Source of the DNA: Patescibacteria group bacterium | GTDB taxonomy: Bacteria > Patescibacteriota > Gracilibacteria > UM-FILTER-43-11 | Direction of reading: 5' to 3' | NCBI GenBank assembly: GCA_029260985.1 | Contig: JAJDCE010000061.1 | Coordinates: 1 to 36,855 of the forward strand | DNA: 36,855 nt | Part shown: one piece after another, positions 36,855-36,855 of the stretch | Position numbering within the stretch: position 1 is the first letter of the stretch | Layout of the letters: each line of letters opens with the position of its first letter | Made by a program: the position numbers and the translations under genes | The notes under the pieces: generated by a model | Databases searched by the model: none | Told to the model about the DNA's origin: nothing | What the model saw: only the letters and a program-made list of their open reading frames with translations

Positions 36855-36855
36855 A

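Overview
AT-rich bacterial chromosome segment, most consistent with a CPR/Patescibacteria organism such as Peregrinibacteria. This is inferred from the CPR-type pilins, a DUF5652-like protein, SLH and PKD surface proteins and an unlinked 16S gene; TGA is used as a stop, so genetic code 25 is unlikely. Housekeeping content: RhlE-like DEAD-box helicase, queG, a K+ channel, a CPA2 antiporter, an aroA-aroK fusion, a HisJ-like PHP phosphatase, xth, thioredoxin, a Crp/Fnr regulator, ferredoxin and hflX. It also holds a stand-alone 16S rRNA with a variant anti-SD, tRNA-Ile(GAT), and an ~11 kb pilin/PKD surface-protein cluster. The most unusual signals are small and mostly non-coding. (1) A small GIY-YIG nuclease gene lies between tRNA-Ile and a tRNA-Ile copy; in that copy and in a second 5' fragment the D-arm 7-mer is replaced by covarying palindromes. 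(2) Heptamer tandem arrays are scattered through the window, and 21/24-nt hairpin elements are inserted precisely into them, twice in-frame inside aroA. (3) A promoter- and terminator-bounded symmetric rod-shaped ncRNA candidate lies upstream of xth. (4) The Crp/Fnr regulator has an NtcA-like recognition helix and a matching GTA-N8-TAC-N22-TAN3T promoter in front of the divergent thioredoxin gene. (5) A GrpB gene is bracketed by a perfect 19-bp inverted repeat, with an attC-like hairpin nearby. All calls come from reading the sequence by eye; no database searches were run.
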